Source of the DNA: Zygnema circumcarinatum SAG 698-1b
Taxonomy: Eukaryota; Plantae; Zygnematophyceae
Reading direction: 5' to 3'
Length of the DNA stretch: 64,000 nt
Assembly: GCA_037447605.1 (NCBI GenBank)
Contig: CM074822.1
Location: forward strand, 581,492 to 645,491
Positions 52,101-64,000 of this stretch are shown here, piece after piece (position 1 is the first letter of the stretch; each line of letters starts with the position of its first letter). The notes beneath the pieces are model-generated. The model saw only the letters and a list, made by a program, of their open reading frames with translations. It was not told the origin of the DNA and ran no database searches. A program made the translations under genes and the position numbers.

Positions 52101-55100
52101 CTCAGGTGATAAAAGCCACCCTTTTCTTATATACATTGAGTTGCTTAGGTTACAGTAGCGAGTTAAGTTTTTTTTACTAGTAGTAAATTTACCAATATTA
52201 TTGCCCTCCTCCTTGGATGTCCAGCCAGTTATTTTGAGCATCTGAGGGTACGAAATCAAACTTTTAATAGAACGAGTAATTGCTGATAATCAGCAAACAA
52301 AAGGGCTGAGGTATGAGAAGTCACAGTGTTAGATCACTCTCCCCCACTCCCCCTTTCCCCGTTCCCCCTCCCCCCTCTCCCCCCTCTCCCGTCCCCCATC
52401 CCCTCTTTCCCCCCCACCCTCCCCCTCTCTCCCTCTCCCCTTCCCTCTCCCCCTCCCTGTCCCCCTCCCCTCTCCCTTCTATTCCCTCTCCCCCTCTCTC
52501 TCCCTCCTCTCCCTAAAGCTACTTTTTTCTTTCCTATAGGCTTTACTGACATGCTTAATTTGGACTTTCTTTTGTGCAGGGATTTGCTCCCGAAGTTGCC
52601 CGATCTTCGACTGGTAATTTCTTTTTTTTTTATAGTTCTAAACAAGCCATAAGCCTGCATGAAGATTTTATTTTGAAATTCTGCTGCAAATAGCCTTTTG
52701 GCCATAGAACCCATTTTATCCATTGAATTTGAATCATACACTAGTCTTCTGCTGCCCTCTCCCAGCATCCATTTAAGCTGCCTCTTACTATTGTCAGGAA
52801 ATGGTATTTTTTTTCAGATTTTGATGAGTGCAACCCTAAATTCGGAGCTCTATTCGGACTACTTTGGAGGTTGCCCTATTGTGGAAGTGCCCGGCTTCAC
52901 TCATCCTGTAAGATTCTTTTGTTGTTTTTGTTTTTTTATTTTTTTGTTATTGTTCGATGAGATTCATACGTCAAAAACATGAGTGAACAACTGCGAAGGT
53001 CTCAGTTCAAAACTGAGAATCAACATCGTATTCTCACAGATAGAAAAAGTGGCAGAAAACAGTGGGAGAATGCAAGGCGAAAGTGTTAAAAATATAGTGT
53101 ATGCAGTTTGGGCATTTAAAAACTATCTAACTATCTTAAAGGATCGATTGAAAAGGATAGATCTTTTGTGGGGCTATTCGTGAGAGCAGGTGAAGTCATA
53201 TTACCTTGAAGATGTTCTGAACTTCACTGGGTATGGAGTTAATGGGAGGGAGACTCCCACAAATGTGAGAGCGGAAAAGGATGGAGTCAATGGTGAGGCA
53301 GAGGAGGTGAGAGAGGATTGGACGGGGGAAGATGCGGCAGCCATGGATGATGCCATAAGCAGAGCATGGATGGGAGAGGACTTTGATCTCCTCATGCTGG
53401 TAGTGGGAGGGGGAGGTTCGAAACTCTGCAACTATGGCCATTCAGAAACAGGCTCTACTCCTCTTATGGTTGCGGCTGGTAGGTCCACTTACCATGATGG
53501 AAGGTGCTTTTATGATGGTGGGTAGTGCTCTTATCATGGTGGGTAGTGCTTTTGTGATGATGGGTAGTGCTCTTATCATGGTGGGTAGTGCTTTTATGAT
53601 GCTGGGTAGTGCTCTTATCATGGTGGGTAGTGTTCTTATCATGGTGGGTGGTGCTCTTATGACGTGGGTATTAGTAAGGGGAATGTGGTGTAGGTTTTGG
53701 ATTTCATCTCTTTGTTTAAGGGACTCTTTTGTCCTATGGCTGCGTGGTCAGTGTTGAGATAAGCAGAAACCTTTAATTTTGGAATTTTGTGAAGAAATTT
53801 TTACTTTCTTTGACTGAGCTAGGGAGCATGAGTTTGTATGTATTGCAGGAAAAGGTCGGAAAGAAGAAGTGGAAGAGCTTTTAGCCATGGGGGCAGATCA
53901 CGAGCAGAAAGCTTTTGATGGAAGTTGTGCCATGGATTGGGCTCAACATTTCCAGCAGGTATACCCCCTATGATGTTGAGGATAGTATTCACCCAGTTAA
54001 GCTTATTTGGGTAAATCTGAAATGTTCCAACTTTTGGGTATCTCTCCAGCTTGCATACTTCTTCTCTATCCGTATCTATTTGAAGCTTTGGACCTCTGCT
54101 ACATCTCTCTTTCTTGCCTGCCAACTTCATAACTAAGGCATATGCCTAAATCATTATAACTGTATGACTAAGCCATTTACGTTCTTACGATTTGCAGGAG
54201 GAAATAGTTGCAATTTTACAAAGGCATGCAGAGAAGAAGGAGAAAGAAGCAGCTGATGTGGCCGAAGCAGCAGTCCTTAAAAAGTATCAAATGTCAACCG
54301 ACCAAGAGGAAACAGATATAGTACTCATCGAAGGTCTTTTGCAGTACATTTGCAGCCCCACAAATACTGATTTCACCGACCTCGCAGACGGAGCAATTCT
54401 CGTATTCGTGCCAGGATGGGACGACATTTCTCGTCTCCGGGAAAAGCTCCAATCCTCTCCTCTCTTTGGAAATTCGTCTAAATTCACAATCTTACCACTC
54501 CACTCTCAAGTCCCTTCTTTAGAGCAACGCAAAGTTTTTCAACGCCCTCCCAAAGGAGTGCGGAAAATTGTCTTAGCCACAAACATTGCAGAAACAGCAA
54601 TCACAATTGATGATGTTGTGTTTGTTATCGATACCGGAAGAGCGAAAGAAAAGAGCTATGACCCATATAGCAATGTTTCAACACTACAAATGACATGGAT
54701 TTCTAGGGCCAGTGCTCGGCAGAGAGAGGGAAGAGCAGGGAGAGTCCGACCCGGAGTTTGTTATCATCTTTTTTCAAAGACGAGAGCAGCAGCTTTGCCT
54801 GAATTTCAAGTGCCGGAAATCAAAAGGACTCCTTTGGAAGAGCTTTGTTTGCAGGTGAGAGCTGTGCAGGGGGAGAGGTGTTTAGGATTGAGAAAAATAA
54901 ACGTTTCATTTAGTACTGTTTGCTTGCTTTATGGTCTTGTCTGTAAGAGCTCTGTTTGCAGGTGAGAGCTGTGCAGGGGGATAGGGGTTTAGGGTTGAGA
55001 AAAATAAACGTTCCATATAGTACTGTTTGCTTGCTTTATGATCTTGTCCGTAAGAGCTTTGTTTGCAGGTGAGAGCTGTGCAGGGGGATAGGGGTTTAGG

Positions 55101-57549
55101 ATTGAGAAAACGAAAAGTTCCATTTAGTACTATGGTGGGGAAGATCAGGGAACAGGGGAGGGGGGAGGGGAAGAGGGGGTGTGACTACAAAAAAGATCAG
55201 TAGAAAGGAGTATTTATTCGAGCATTCCAAGGAAAAATATGCATTTACAATAATCAGTGTTGTAGAGTAACTGATATAAGTTGAAAGTGGAACTTGTGGA
55301 AGCCTCTCAGTTCTCTCACCTTCATTATTTTTACCTTCTACAAGCTTCTGATCTTTTTGAGCCATTGATCAGCTTGTTTAGTGCTTGTACTAAAGTATCC
55401 ATCAACAATTTCACTTGCACCCATTGAAAACAAACAGGCGTTTCGTATATGCGTTAAAGAATCCCCTCTTCTTTGCAGGTGAAATTGTTGAACCCAAATC
55501 TTGAAATCAGGGAATTCATCGGCAAAGCTATTGAAGCTCCCGTAGATGCAGCTGTGAAGAATGCTATCGAGCTTCTGCAGGATATTGGGGCTCTAAGTAC
55601 TAATGAAAAACTGACAGAACTTGGGCAGCAACTTGGCTCTCTCCCACTCCACCCCACAGTCAGCAAAATGCTCCTTCATGCTGTTTTGCTCAATTGCTTA
55701 GACCCTGCTCTTACAATAGCTTCGGCTACAACCTACAGAGACCCCTTTGTTCTTCCCATGAGCCCTATGCAAAAACAGAGAGCATTAGATCTGAGGCAGC
55801 AATTGGCAAATATGTATGGGGGAGGAAGCGATCATTTGGCACTTATCGCTGCTTTTGAGATGTGGGAGGGAGCGAGACGCAAAGGGAAAGAGCAGGAGTT
55901 TTGCTCCCAGTACTTTGTTTCTGGGGGGACTATGAATATGCTGGCAGGAATGCGAAGGCAATTGCAAGGAGAGCTTTGCAGAAAGGGCTTTATTTCTAGT
56001 GAGGATCATGCATGTAGTTCGAATGCACAAAACCCAGGCATTATTAGGGCAGTTTTAGCTGCAGGAATGTACCCAATGGTTGGTAGTTTGCTCCCTCCCT
56101 TACCCGGAGGGGGAGGGAGGAATACCCTAGTACAAACTGCGAGAGGAGAGAAGGCTCGTATTCATCCACATTCTACAAATTCTAGGTTTCTCCATCAAGG
56201 AGGGCTTTCTGAGGGGGGATCTAAGGAAGCTTCTGCCCAGCCATTACTTGTGTTTGATGAGGTTACAAGGGGGGAGTCCTTAGTAACTATTCGGTCTTCC
56301 ACAGTGGTGAAACCCCACTCACTTGTACTCATTGTAGCGGAGATGGTGGTCTGCGCTATAAAGAATTCTGAGGACGATGCAGAAGAGGGAAAGAAGGCAG
56401 AGGAAGAACAAAAAGCTCAAGCTCAAACAGCACCTCCTGAAGCGGTAGAAGAAGAAGAAGAAGAAGAGGAAGAGGAAGAGCCGGAGAGTGATGATGATGC
56501 TCCATTGAAACCCAACCCTTTGAGCAAAGAGGAGAGAGCTAAGAGGGAGCAGGATGAGCTTATGAGTGATCCGGAGAGGAGAGTTGTGGTCGTATTGGAC
56601 CGATGGCTGCGCTTTGAAACGACGGCGTTTGAAGCAGCGCAGCTGTTCTGCCTCAGAGAGCGATTGGCAGCTGCTTTTGCTTTTCGGGTAAGCCTTTTTA
56701 AATCACTTTCGTCATCTCCTAAATTTGACATGTTAGAGGTGTTCAAACTTACACAAGTTTCATACATGTGGATTTCTAAATCAGGAATGATTTCGGGTAA
56801 AATTTGTAGTAAAGGTGAAACTTTTAAGAGGTGCTGTTTTTAACCAGATTCTGTATAGCAACAGGCTAACTCTGAACCCCCTATCGCTTTCTGTTATGAA
56901 TTTGAAATGGGATTTTAGACGTGGACTCTCTCTCTCTCTTTCTCAACACCCCCACCCCCCCTCCCCTCCTTCCCCACTCTCTCTCTCTCTCGTTCTGTAG
57001 GTGAAGTACCCGAAGGAGCCGTTTCCTCCCATCTATGCGGTCTCTCTTTACACCATTGCCTGCATGCTTTCATATGAGGGTGTCCTTAACATCCCTCCTC
57101 CAGTAGCCCTCAGCTCAATGCCCCCAATGGGCTCCCCTATGGGGACAGCCCACTGGCAACCTCCCCTTTTAAAAGCCGCCCCATCTGCACATATCCTCCC
57201 CAATACAAGCCGTGGGTCTGTTCAAGCAGGCCCTTCTAGAGGAGGTCTACCTTCACAGGGAAGGGGCCAATTTCCTGCAGGGTCTGTGAGAGGAGGCAGA
57301 CAGGGGACTGGACGGGGGTCAAGTGATGAGGCTAGTCAGGGGCTCCATGGTTCAAGAGAGGATGGGAGTGAGAGAGGGAGAGGGAGAGGGAGAGGGAGCA
57401 ACGTGTATAGCAGAGGGGCGTTTGCCCAGTCTAGAGGTAGTGGTGGTGGGAGAGGATCTTCAATCAATCCAAGGGACCTTCAAGGAGGGACTTCTGAAGG
57501 TGGTAAACAACAAAGCAGTTCCTTTGATGCGAAGCGGCATCGGCGATGA
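46199..57549 (+). CDS. DExH-box RNA helicase with R3H domain, ankyrin insert, HA2 and OB-fold (YTHDC2/DExH6-like, no YTH domain)
   Basis: About 15 exons: RGG-rich start, R3H (DRAIVHDLCRKHG), GQTGCGKTTQ, CTQPRRISA, DEIHERD, MSATL, ankyrin STPLMVAA|GKGR...LLAMGAD, ILVFVPGWDDI, ATNIAETAITIDD, QREGRAGRV, HA2 (LGSLPLHP), OB_NTP_bind (IHPHS), RGG-rich C-terminus. An N gap lies in exon 1. Confidence 0.93.
48485..49077. repeat. 24-bp intronic minisatellite GACTAA(C/G)CTTCAGCCGCTAGATTT
   Basis: About 24 copies between the helicase GKTTQ and VPQ exons. Confidence 0.95.
53490..53662. repeat. 21-bp intronic minisatellite CTTATCATGGTGGGTAGTGCT
   Basis: About 8 copies after the ankyrin exon donor. Confidence 0.9.
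54838..55130. repeat. 107-bp tandem triplication spanning a helicase exon end and 5' splice site
   Basis: Copies start at 54838, 54945 and 55052; each contains TTTGCAG|GTGAGA. Confidence 0.9.
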
Positions 57550-57779
57550 AGGGAGGATATGGTTTTCAGGGAGCAGAGGATGGCTACCTTAGTGGAAATA
57601 CCGATGACACGGAAAGTAAGGAAGTTTTTTTAGGGGAAAACTGGTTCTTGGGGGTATGTCAATGAATAATTAGGGTTTCATGATTTGAGATGAGAAGCAT
57701 GGTGAAAAATAATGGGTTCATGTTTACTGAACTTCACACGCCCTGTTAAAAAGGTTTGACAGCCCAATCTGTTGTTGAT

Positions 57780-58280
57780 GTTTGGATCCATTGGTTCAAA
57801 GCAATGGAATTTTTGTAAACCATCAGATTGAATGTTTGACAACCATTGCCAGCACAGTTCCAACCACGGTTAGGATCATTGAATGGCAGACAAAATCAAT
57901 CAGCATGAGTTGAACTGGCCAACCATTGAAATGGCTGACTGAGCCAACCGTTGCCATTGCCATGGCTGGAAGCATTGAATGGCTGACCCAGATAGCCATC
58001 GCTAGTGATTGGAAGTTTGGAACCATTGGACGCCAAACCAAACCTTGTCGCATCCATTGAATGGAATTCAGCCAGCCATTGGCAATTGTTGGAACCATTG
58101 GATGGCGGACCTAACCAACCATTGTCAACGGTTGAACCCATTGAATAGCGGATCCATGCAAACCATTGCTAACGGTTGGAACGATTGAATAGCAACCCTA
58201 GCCAACCATTGGCATGTGTTCGAACCATTCAGTGGTAGACCAGCCAACCATTGGCCATAACTGTCAACCATTGGCAATTC
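57780..58280. repeat. Degenerate CCATTGG/AACCATTG-rich repeat related to the 60540-60970 family
   Basis: Repeated AACCATTGG/CCAACC motifs. Confidence 0.5.
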
Positions 58281-59407
58281 AGTGGTTCAACCTTAGCACT
58301 GCATTGTGATATCAACTTCAACTTCAACTTCATCCACATCAACTTCAAGTGATGAGTTTTTTTAGGGTTGCAAGTTAAGTACCCAAAGCATAACCAGGAA
58401 CCAACAGAGGAACGAGAATCACCTACAATGGAGGTTCACAGCATGTCAGACACAGACCGACATACCGACTGACAGACTAAAGAGACAGACTAAAGTAAAT
58501 TTACACAAGGCTGTGCAGTAATTGCAAGATATAATCACAACAACCATACCATCCTGCTGTGCAGGTCAAGCACCGACTCAAGAAGACCAACGTAGATCCA
58601 TGTTTCGTTTCTAATTTGAAGTTGTAAAACCTGCATACAAGTTTGCTTCTGTACGAGCCTGTGCCCAGACCGGGCTGGCTCGGCTGGAGACAACTGACAG
58701 GTGGGAGAGACTTAAGAATAAGGGAGCTGAATAAAGGAAAGCTAACGCTCCCATTCTGCAAATTGGCGCTGCCATGATGGACACAAGGGATCGAATTGGC
58801 TGACTTTACCCTAATTTCCTGAACTCTCAGTAATCAAAATCCCTACATTCTGAAAGACCTCCGTTGCCGCACGTCCACTGTCCAAAATCGATAGACGAAT
58901 AGTCGTTCAAGTAGAGAGCGAAACCCTAATTGAAGCAAAGCCTCTAAGTTGCCTCTGACTCAAACTTGCTCACTGCATCTGCCTCCTTAACGCAAAAGGG
59001 CAGCTTATTGCCGCCTGATGCACTCCTCAAAATTCTCCACAGCTTAAAAAGCCAGCCACAAAGTAGCTCGACCAGCTCTCGTTCCCTCTCTCTCTTCCCC
59101 CTTCTCTCTCCCCCTCCCTCTCTTACACAAACAACTGGGAGATAAGCCGAGGCTGAACATTAGCTGAAGCCCAGAACTCTGCAAAAAGTAATATAGAGGC
59201 CCTGGGTCCCCATCCTTCACAATTGCACTCTCATCCTGAACCCCCCACAACAAGCCTACCTCCTCTCTTAATTCTGAGATAAGCCCATCACAGATCGCAC
59301 CGCTTCTCCCCATACCCTAAACACCCTAAAGCAAGCCGAGCCCCTCCTTCCTCCGCAACGACATTTCAAGCCTTTCCCTTTCCCTTTCCTTTTCCTTTAC
59401 CTTTTCT

Positions 59408-59863
59408 TTAACTCAAGTATCCCGGAACCTTGATGCGCAGAAAAAGCATGACCATGCTGTAAGCCACGACGATGAGGCAAAACCCCGTGATCATAAAAAT
59501 GCTCCGAAGGTTCCTCGCGCGGCTCTTATCGCACCCAAAGTCGAGCAAGATGAGTCCAACGCCCCCCATCACAAACATAAAGCCCGAAGACAGCCCCTCT
59601 ATAATGTACTGCCCATTGAGCCGCCCCGACATGAAGACCTCCGGAACAAAGGCCCCCGTCGCGGGGTCCTGCCGGCCACCAATGCCGGGGGGGGCGGTAA
59701 TGACGTCGTAGACGAAGCCAGAAACCACGAGGAAGTAGCTGCCCAGGAGGAGGCAGAAGACGGTGGTGAGGCTCGGGGGGGGAGGGAGGGCCACGCGCAG
59801 ACGGAGGCGGGGGACGCGGAGGGCGCGGAAGGGGAGGGAGACGAGGGGGTAGAGGGGGTCCAT
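59408..59863 (-). CDS. OSTC: Oligosaccharyltransferase complex subunit OSTC (DC2)
   Basis: Intronless 151 aa: SYFLVVSGFVYDVITAPPGIG, RLNGQYIIEGLSSGFMFVMGGVGLILLD, FLRIKVPGYL; three TM segments. Confidence 0.95.
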   Translation of the reverse strand: MDPLYPLVSLPFRALRVPRLRLRVALPPPPSLTTVFCLLLGSYFLVVSGFVYDVITAPPGIGGRQDPATGAFVPEVFMSGRLNGQYIIEGLSSGFMFVMGGVGLILLDFGCDKSRARNLRSIFMITGFCLIVVAYSMVMLFLRIKVPGYLS

Positions 59864-60659
59864 GGCGGAGGGAGAGGGATGGAGGGAGGGAGAGGGAGGG
59901 AGGGAGGGAGAGGGGAGGGAGAGGGGAGGGTAGGGAGGGAGGGAGGGAGGGAGAGAGAGAGGGAGGGAGGGGGGGAAGGGAGGGAGGGAGGGAGGGAGCG
60001 AGGGACGGAGAGGGAGAGGGAGAGAGGGGGCGAGGGGGAGAGGGGGGGAGGTGAGGGAGCGAGGGAGGGGGGAAAAGGAGGGAGAGAGGGAGAGGAGCTG
60101 TGGGCTGATACGAAACGGCGAACCGAATTCTCCGTCGAATTTCTGAACATCGAAAGTGAACTGAACTGGTCACTAAAATGTGACCAGAATTAGTCAAACC
60201 AAAAGAGGACTAGACTGAAATTAACTTTAACCAGCACTCAAAAAAATACAGTTACAGCTACTAATTAGACTTGACTAAAACTAACTAGGCTAATGGTTAT
60301 TGCGCCAAAACCTTAACTGAAATAGGAAAGAAAGAGGTCATGCTCCATGGGTGGTCCAGTTCCGTTACGTTTCAACAACTGCCCACCGCAACTGTCAACT
60401 GGACAACACGGTCTTACGCAATCAATTCGCTGACGTGTCGGTCCATTATTGCCTGCCGACATACTCTGACAACAAGCTTGTTACGGAGTCCGGTTCAACG
60501 GTTTTATGAGTCTCCTTCGCTGTTAAGCGTTCTGTGTCTCGTTCTAGCCAACCATTGGAATGCTACCAAGCATTGGCAATGGCGCCAACCATTGGATTCA
60601 ATAGATTTAGCCATTGCGAACCACTGGGCGGCCAACCATTAGTTTTTAGGGAACAAGGT

Positions 60660-62970
60660 CGCTGCAATATCTTCACAGTTTGGACCAGTGGATCGGCAAC
60701 CATTGGACAACCATTGGATGGCAATGGTTGGACGTCTACTGGTTGGCAACCAGTCGAATGGTTGTTTCGGTCCGCAACCACTGGTTGGCAACCAGTCGAC
60801 TGGTTTGGAACCAGTGGATGCCACTGGTTGGCAACCAGTCGAATGGTTGTTTCGGTCCGCAACCACTGGTTGGCAACCAGTCGACTGGTTTGGAACCAGT
60901 GGATGCCACTGGTTGGCAACCAGTCGAATGGTTACATCCATTAAATCAAATGGTTGGCAACCATTAAATCACTAGTTGTAGCGAACTGAACGCTACAGCT
61001 ACCAAAATGCCGTCGGCGTTTCGGAGAAAACTATTAAGGTACGGCCGTACAGAATCTCCGTACAGTCGTACGACTTGTCTGTACGAATCCGTACGCATCT
61101 GTACGCATCAGGCTTGTTACACTAGTTGTCAACGGTTGGCAACCCACCAAAAAACACATACGAGCAGGCCTCTTCAAATAGGGGATTTCGGCTTAAGATA
61201 GGGGACTGTCCCCTAACTTGGTTTTGTAAAAGGAAAATTCTATTCTCACACCTTTTTTGTCTACACACAGACCTTTTTTCGCTGGGCAGATTTTACAATA
61301 GTAAAAAAAGGATTAACAGCAGAAAATGCTCCTTCCACACTTTTTTTGGAATCGGCACACACCCGTTTTCCGTCGGGCAGATTTTTTTTACAATCCGCTC
61401 GGAGCGGAAGATCCGTCCGCCACGAGATCGGTCGCGGGTGTGCGTCCTTCACACTTGCAGTTAATCTCAGCCGTCGATCGTCTCACAGATCGCACCACGG
61501 CAGATCACCGTTCGATCTGCAGCCGGGCTCGGTCCCAGCGAATGGCACGCGCCCACGTGTCACACACAAGCCGGCTCAAAGGTCCTTGGCGCGTGCCATT
61601 CGCTGAGACCGAGCCCGGCTGCAGATCGAACGGTGTATCTGCCGTGGTGCGATCTACGAAAGAATCGACGGCTGAGATTAACCACACGTGTGAAGGACGC
61701 ACAGCCGCGACCGATCTCGTGGCGCGCTTCGAGCGGATTTTAAAAAAACTCTGCCCGACGGAAAACGGGTGTGTGTCGATTCCAAAAAAAGTGTGAAAAG
61801 AGCATTTTCTGTTATTAATCTTTTTTTACTATTTTAAGATCTGCCAGGCGAAAAAAGGTCTGTGTGTAGACAAAAAGGGTGTGAGAATAGAATTTTCCTT
61901 GTAAAAACACGTAAATATGGGTTGTACGGACGAAACCGTGCACGTACGGACGAGAATTTTGTGGAGACCTTGCTTCATCATTTCCCAACACTGCTGCCGT
62001 CGAGTCTGATTTTTCAGTAATTGGATGGGAGAAAGACGAGTTTCGAAAGAGGTTGACAGACTTTTCATTGGAAGGCATTCTTCACTGCAAACAGTTTGAT
62101 AGTTTGACCGCTCTTTGAGGGTCTCTTTGAGTAGTTTATCACTTTTATAGCTGTCTTGATCAACCTAAAACTCCTAAGGGAGTGAGACCATTTTTCATTT
62201 CATTTCTAATTTTAGTTCCTATTTCAGTTTCTCTTTTGTGACTACACCTAGAATTTCAAAGGTTATGATTTGGAATAGAGTTTTTGTGAGGAAATTTCAA
62301 GACTATGATGGATTCTAAAGTGATACTTGGAGTAATTAATGATGGATGGAAAAAGAAATAGAGAGCTTAGGATTGGATCTACAAAGTTTCAGTGCAATTG
62401 GGTTTTTGAATAAGCAACTGTATGTTGTGATTGCCAAATGCACAGTTGTTCTAATTGATTGGTAAAATTTATCAATCTATAAGAGTCGAAGAGGTTGCAC
62501 CAGTTTCTAAAGCCGTGTTGTTATACCAACAAGTAAAGTTCATATACATCATTGTTATCGTGGTTGCAAATGCAATTCATTTCCTTTTTGTTTTTAACCA
62601 AAAAAATGCTTTTTTGGGGCTTGTGTGGTATTTAAGTTGAAATCACGTAAACTAATCTCAAAATCTTACATAAATAAGCTATTTACGATATTTAGGGGAT
62701 CTCCCCTATTTGAAGAGGCCTGCATACGACCCATTTTTGCAAAAATGCATAATTTCAGAAATTCAATGGATGCCAACCATTGGATCACTGGTTCCGAACC
62801 AGTCGAATGGTTGTTTCAGTCCTGCGCCACTGGTTCGCAACCAGTCGAATGGTTGTTTCGATCCGGCGGCACTGGTTGGCAACCAGTCGAATGGTTGTTT
62901 CGGGTCGCAACCACTGGTTGCCAACCAGTCGACTGGTTTGTCTAATGGTCCGATCTGTGAATATCTTCAA
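60660..62970. mobile_element. Putative old non-autonomous DNA element with palindromic subterminal repeats (AACCAGTCGA[A/C]TGGTT) at both ends
   Basis: Repeat arrays at 60740-60935 and 62790-62940; weak inverted terminal similarity (ATCTTCACAGTTTGGACCA vs the reverse complement near 62945-62965). No TSD found. Confidence 0.35.
61232..61898. mobile_element. Mutator-like (MULE) foldback element / MITE, 667 bp
   Basis: Arms of about 320 bp in inverted orientation (GGAAAATTC...GGCACGCGCC / GGCGCGTGCC...GAATTTTCC), roughly 90% identical by eye, with a 34-bp spacer. Flanked by direct repeat TTGTAAAA at 61224-61231 and 61899-61906. Confidence 0.8.
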
Positions 62971-63034
62971 CCGCCAAACACCGGCCGTACACTCCGTACG
63001 CGACAAGGCAGTCGCCGCCGCCAAGCATTCGACC

Positions 63035-63463
63035 TAGGGTTGGGGGCACGGTCCCCCTCCGACCCGTGCCCAGGGGCGCGTGCCCCCCCCCCCCCCTTGG
63101 GGGGGGGGCATGCCCCTTTTTCGTGCCCCGTGACGTGACTGCATTGAGCAATTCAAATCGGACCAAAAAAGAATATAATATTTTTAAAAACGGTACGGAT
63201 GAAGGTACGGAAAGTACAGATGAACGTACTAAACGTACGGATAAAGGTACAAATGTACGGGAAAACACTGAACGCTGAACGCGGTCTTCAATCGTCACCG
63301 GCCCGGGCCCTGTCGTACGAGGTAAGCGTCACGTGACAGGGGGCACGGGGGGGCACGAAATATATGGGGAAAATTTTTGGAGGCGTGCCCCGGGCACGGA
63401 CGGTCAAAAATGGGGGGCATGCCCCCCCCCGGGCATGCCCGTGCCCCCGTGCCCCCAACCCTA
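63035..63463. mobile_element. hAT-type MITE, 429 bp
   Basis: TIR TAGGGTTGGGGGCACG at both ends; perfect 8-bp TSD ATTCGACC (63027-63034 and 63464-63471); subterminal GGGGCACG/CGTGCCCC repeats. Confidence 0.9.
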
Positions 63464-63504
63464 ATTCGACCGACTCTATCTGCACGGCTCCGTCAGCGGG
63501 ACGG

Positions 63505-64000
63505 AGAGGGAGGGAGAGGGAGGGAGAGGGAGGGAGAGGGAGAGGGAGAGGGAGAGGGAGAGGGAGAGGGAGGGAGAGGGAGGGAGAGGGAGAGGGAGGA
63601 GGGAGGAGGGGAGGAAGGGAGGGAGAGGGAGGGAGAGGGAGAGGGAGGGAGGAGGGGAGGAGGGAGAGGAGGAGGAGGGAGGAGGAGGAAGGAGGGAGAG
63701 GGAGGAGGGAGGAGGAGGAGGGGAGGAGGGAGGAAGGGAGGGAGAGGGAGGAGGGAGGAGGGAGGAGGGAGGGAGAGGGAGGAGAGGGAGGGAGAGGGAG
63801 GGAGAGGGAGAGGAGGGGAGGAGGGAGGAGGGAGAGGAGGGAGAGGAGGAGGGAGGAGGAGGGAGGGAGGGAGGAGGGAGGAGGGAGGAAGGGAGGGAGA
63901 GAGGGAGGAGGGAGGAGGGAGGAGGGAGGAGGGAGGAGGGGGAGGAAGGGAGGGAGAGGGAGGGAGGGAGGAGGGAGGGAGGAGGAGGGAGGAGGGAGGA
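63505..64000. repeat. GGA/GGGA-rich low-complexity tract
   Basis: Direct reading; runs off the window end. Confidence 0.95.

Noticed and set aside
58380-59300. Possible spliced 3' UTR of OSTC or a small minus-strand gene
   Set aside because: Some splice-like signals, but no coherent ORF or recognisable product; needs RNA data.
60534-60975. Overlapping Trp-rich repeat ORFs (WQPVEW...)
   Set aside because: Translations of palindromic subterminal DNA repeats, open on both strands.

Overview
Eukaryotic nuclear DNA from a green plant, probably a streptophyte alga or non-seed plant. This is inferred from NAC and FT/MFT-type PEBP genes, a plastid-type MiaB, telo-box/TTTAGGG-like tracts and many short introns; the species cannot be named from sequence alone. 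I reconstructed ten spliced or single-exon genes by hand: a NAC-domain gene with an N-terminal zinc-finger pair (runs off the left end), a UBZ-AlkB dioxygenase, a pyrophosphatase-like pseudoenzyme, MiaB, RPC34/POLR3F, PRP31, two convergent membrane-anchored PEBP paralogues, an R3H/ankyrin DExH helicase and OSTC. There is also one orphan ORF. Introns are full of GA/GGA/CCT low-complexity tracts and minisatellites, so most long ORFs in the supplied track are translation artefacts. Seven 10-N gaps lie in G/C-rich low-complexity tracts. The right end holds a MULE-like foldback element and a hAT-type MITE, each with a perfect target-site duplication. The best candidates for undescribed biology are: (1) type II membrane-tethered FT/MFT-structured PEBPs that share an acidic dileucine sorting motif and a post-TM RRxL cleavage-like motif, one paralogue having a degenerate pocket; (2) an in-frame tandem C-x4-C-x15-C-x3-H finger plus NAC fusion; (3) a catalytically dead PPase fold on a long disordered tail with an RVxW motif; (4) a UBZ-AlkB fusion. 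No database searches were run, and exon coordinates are manual.
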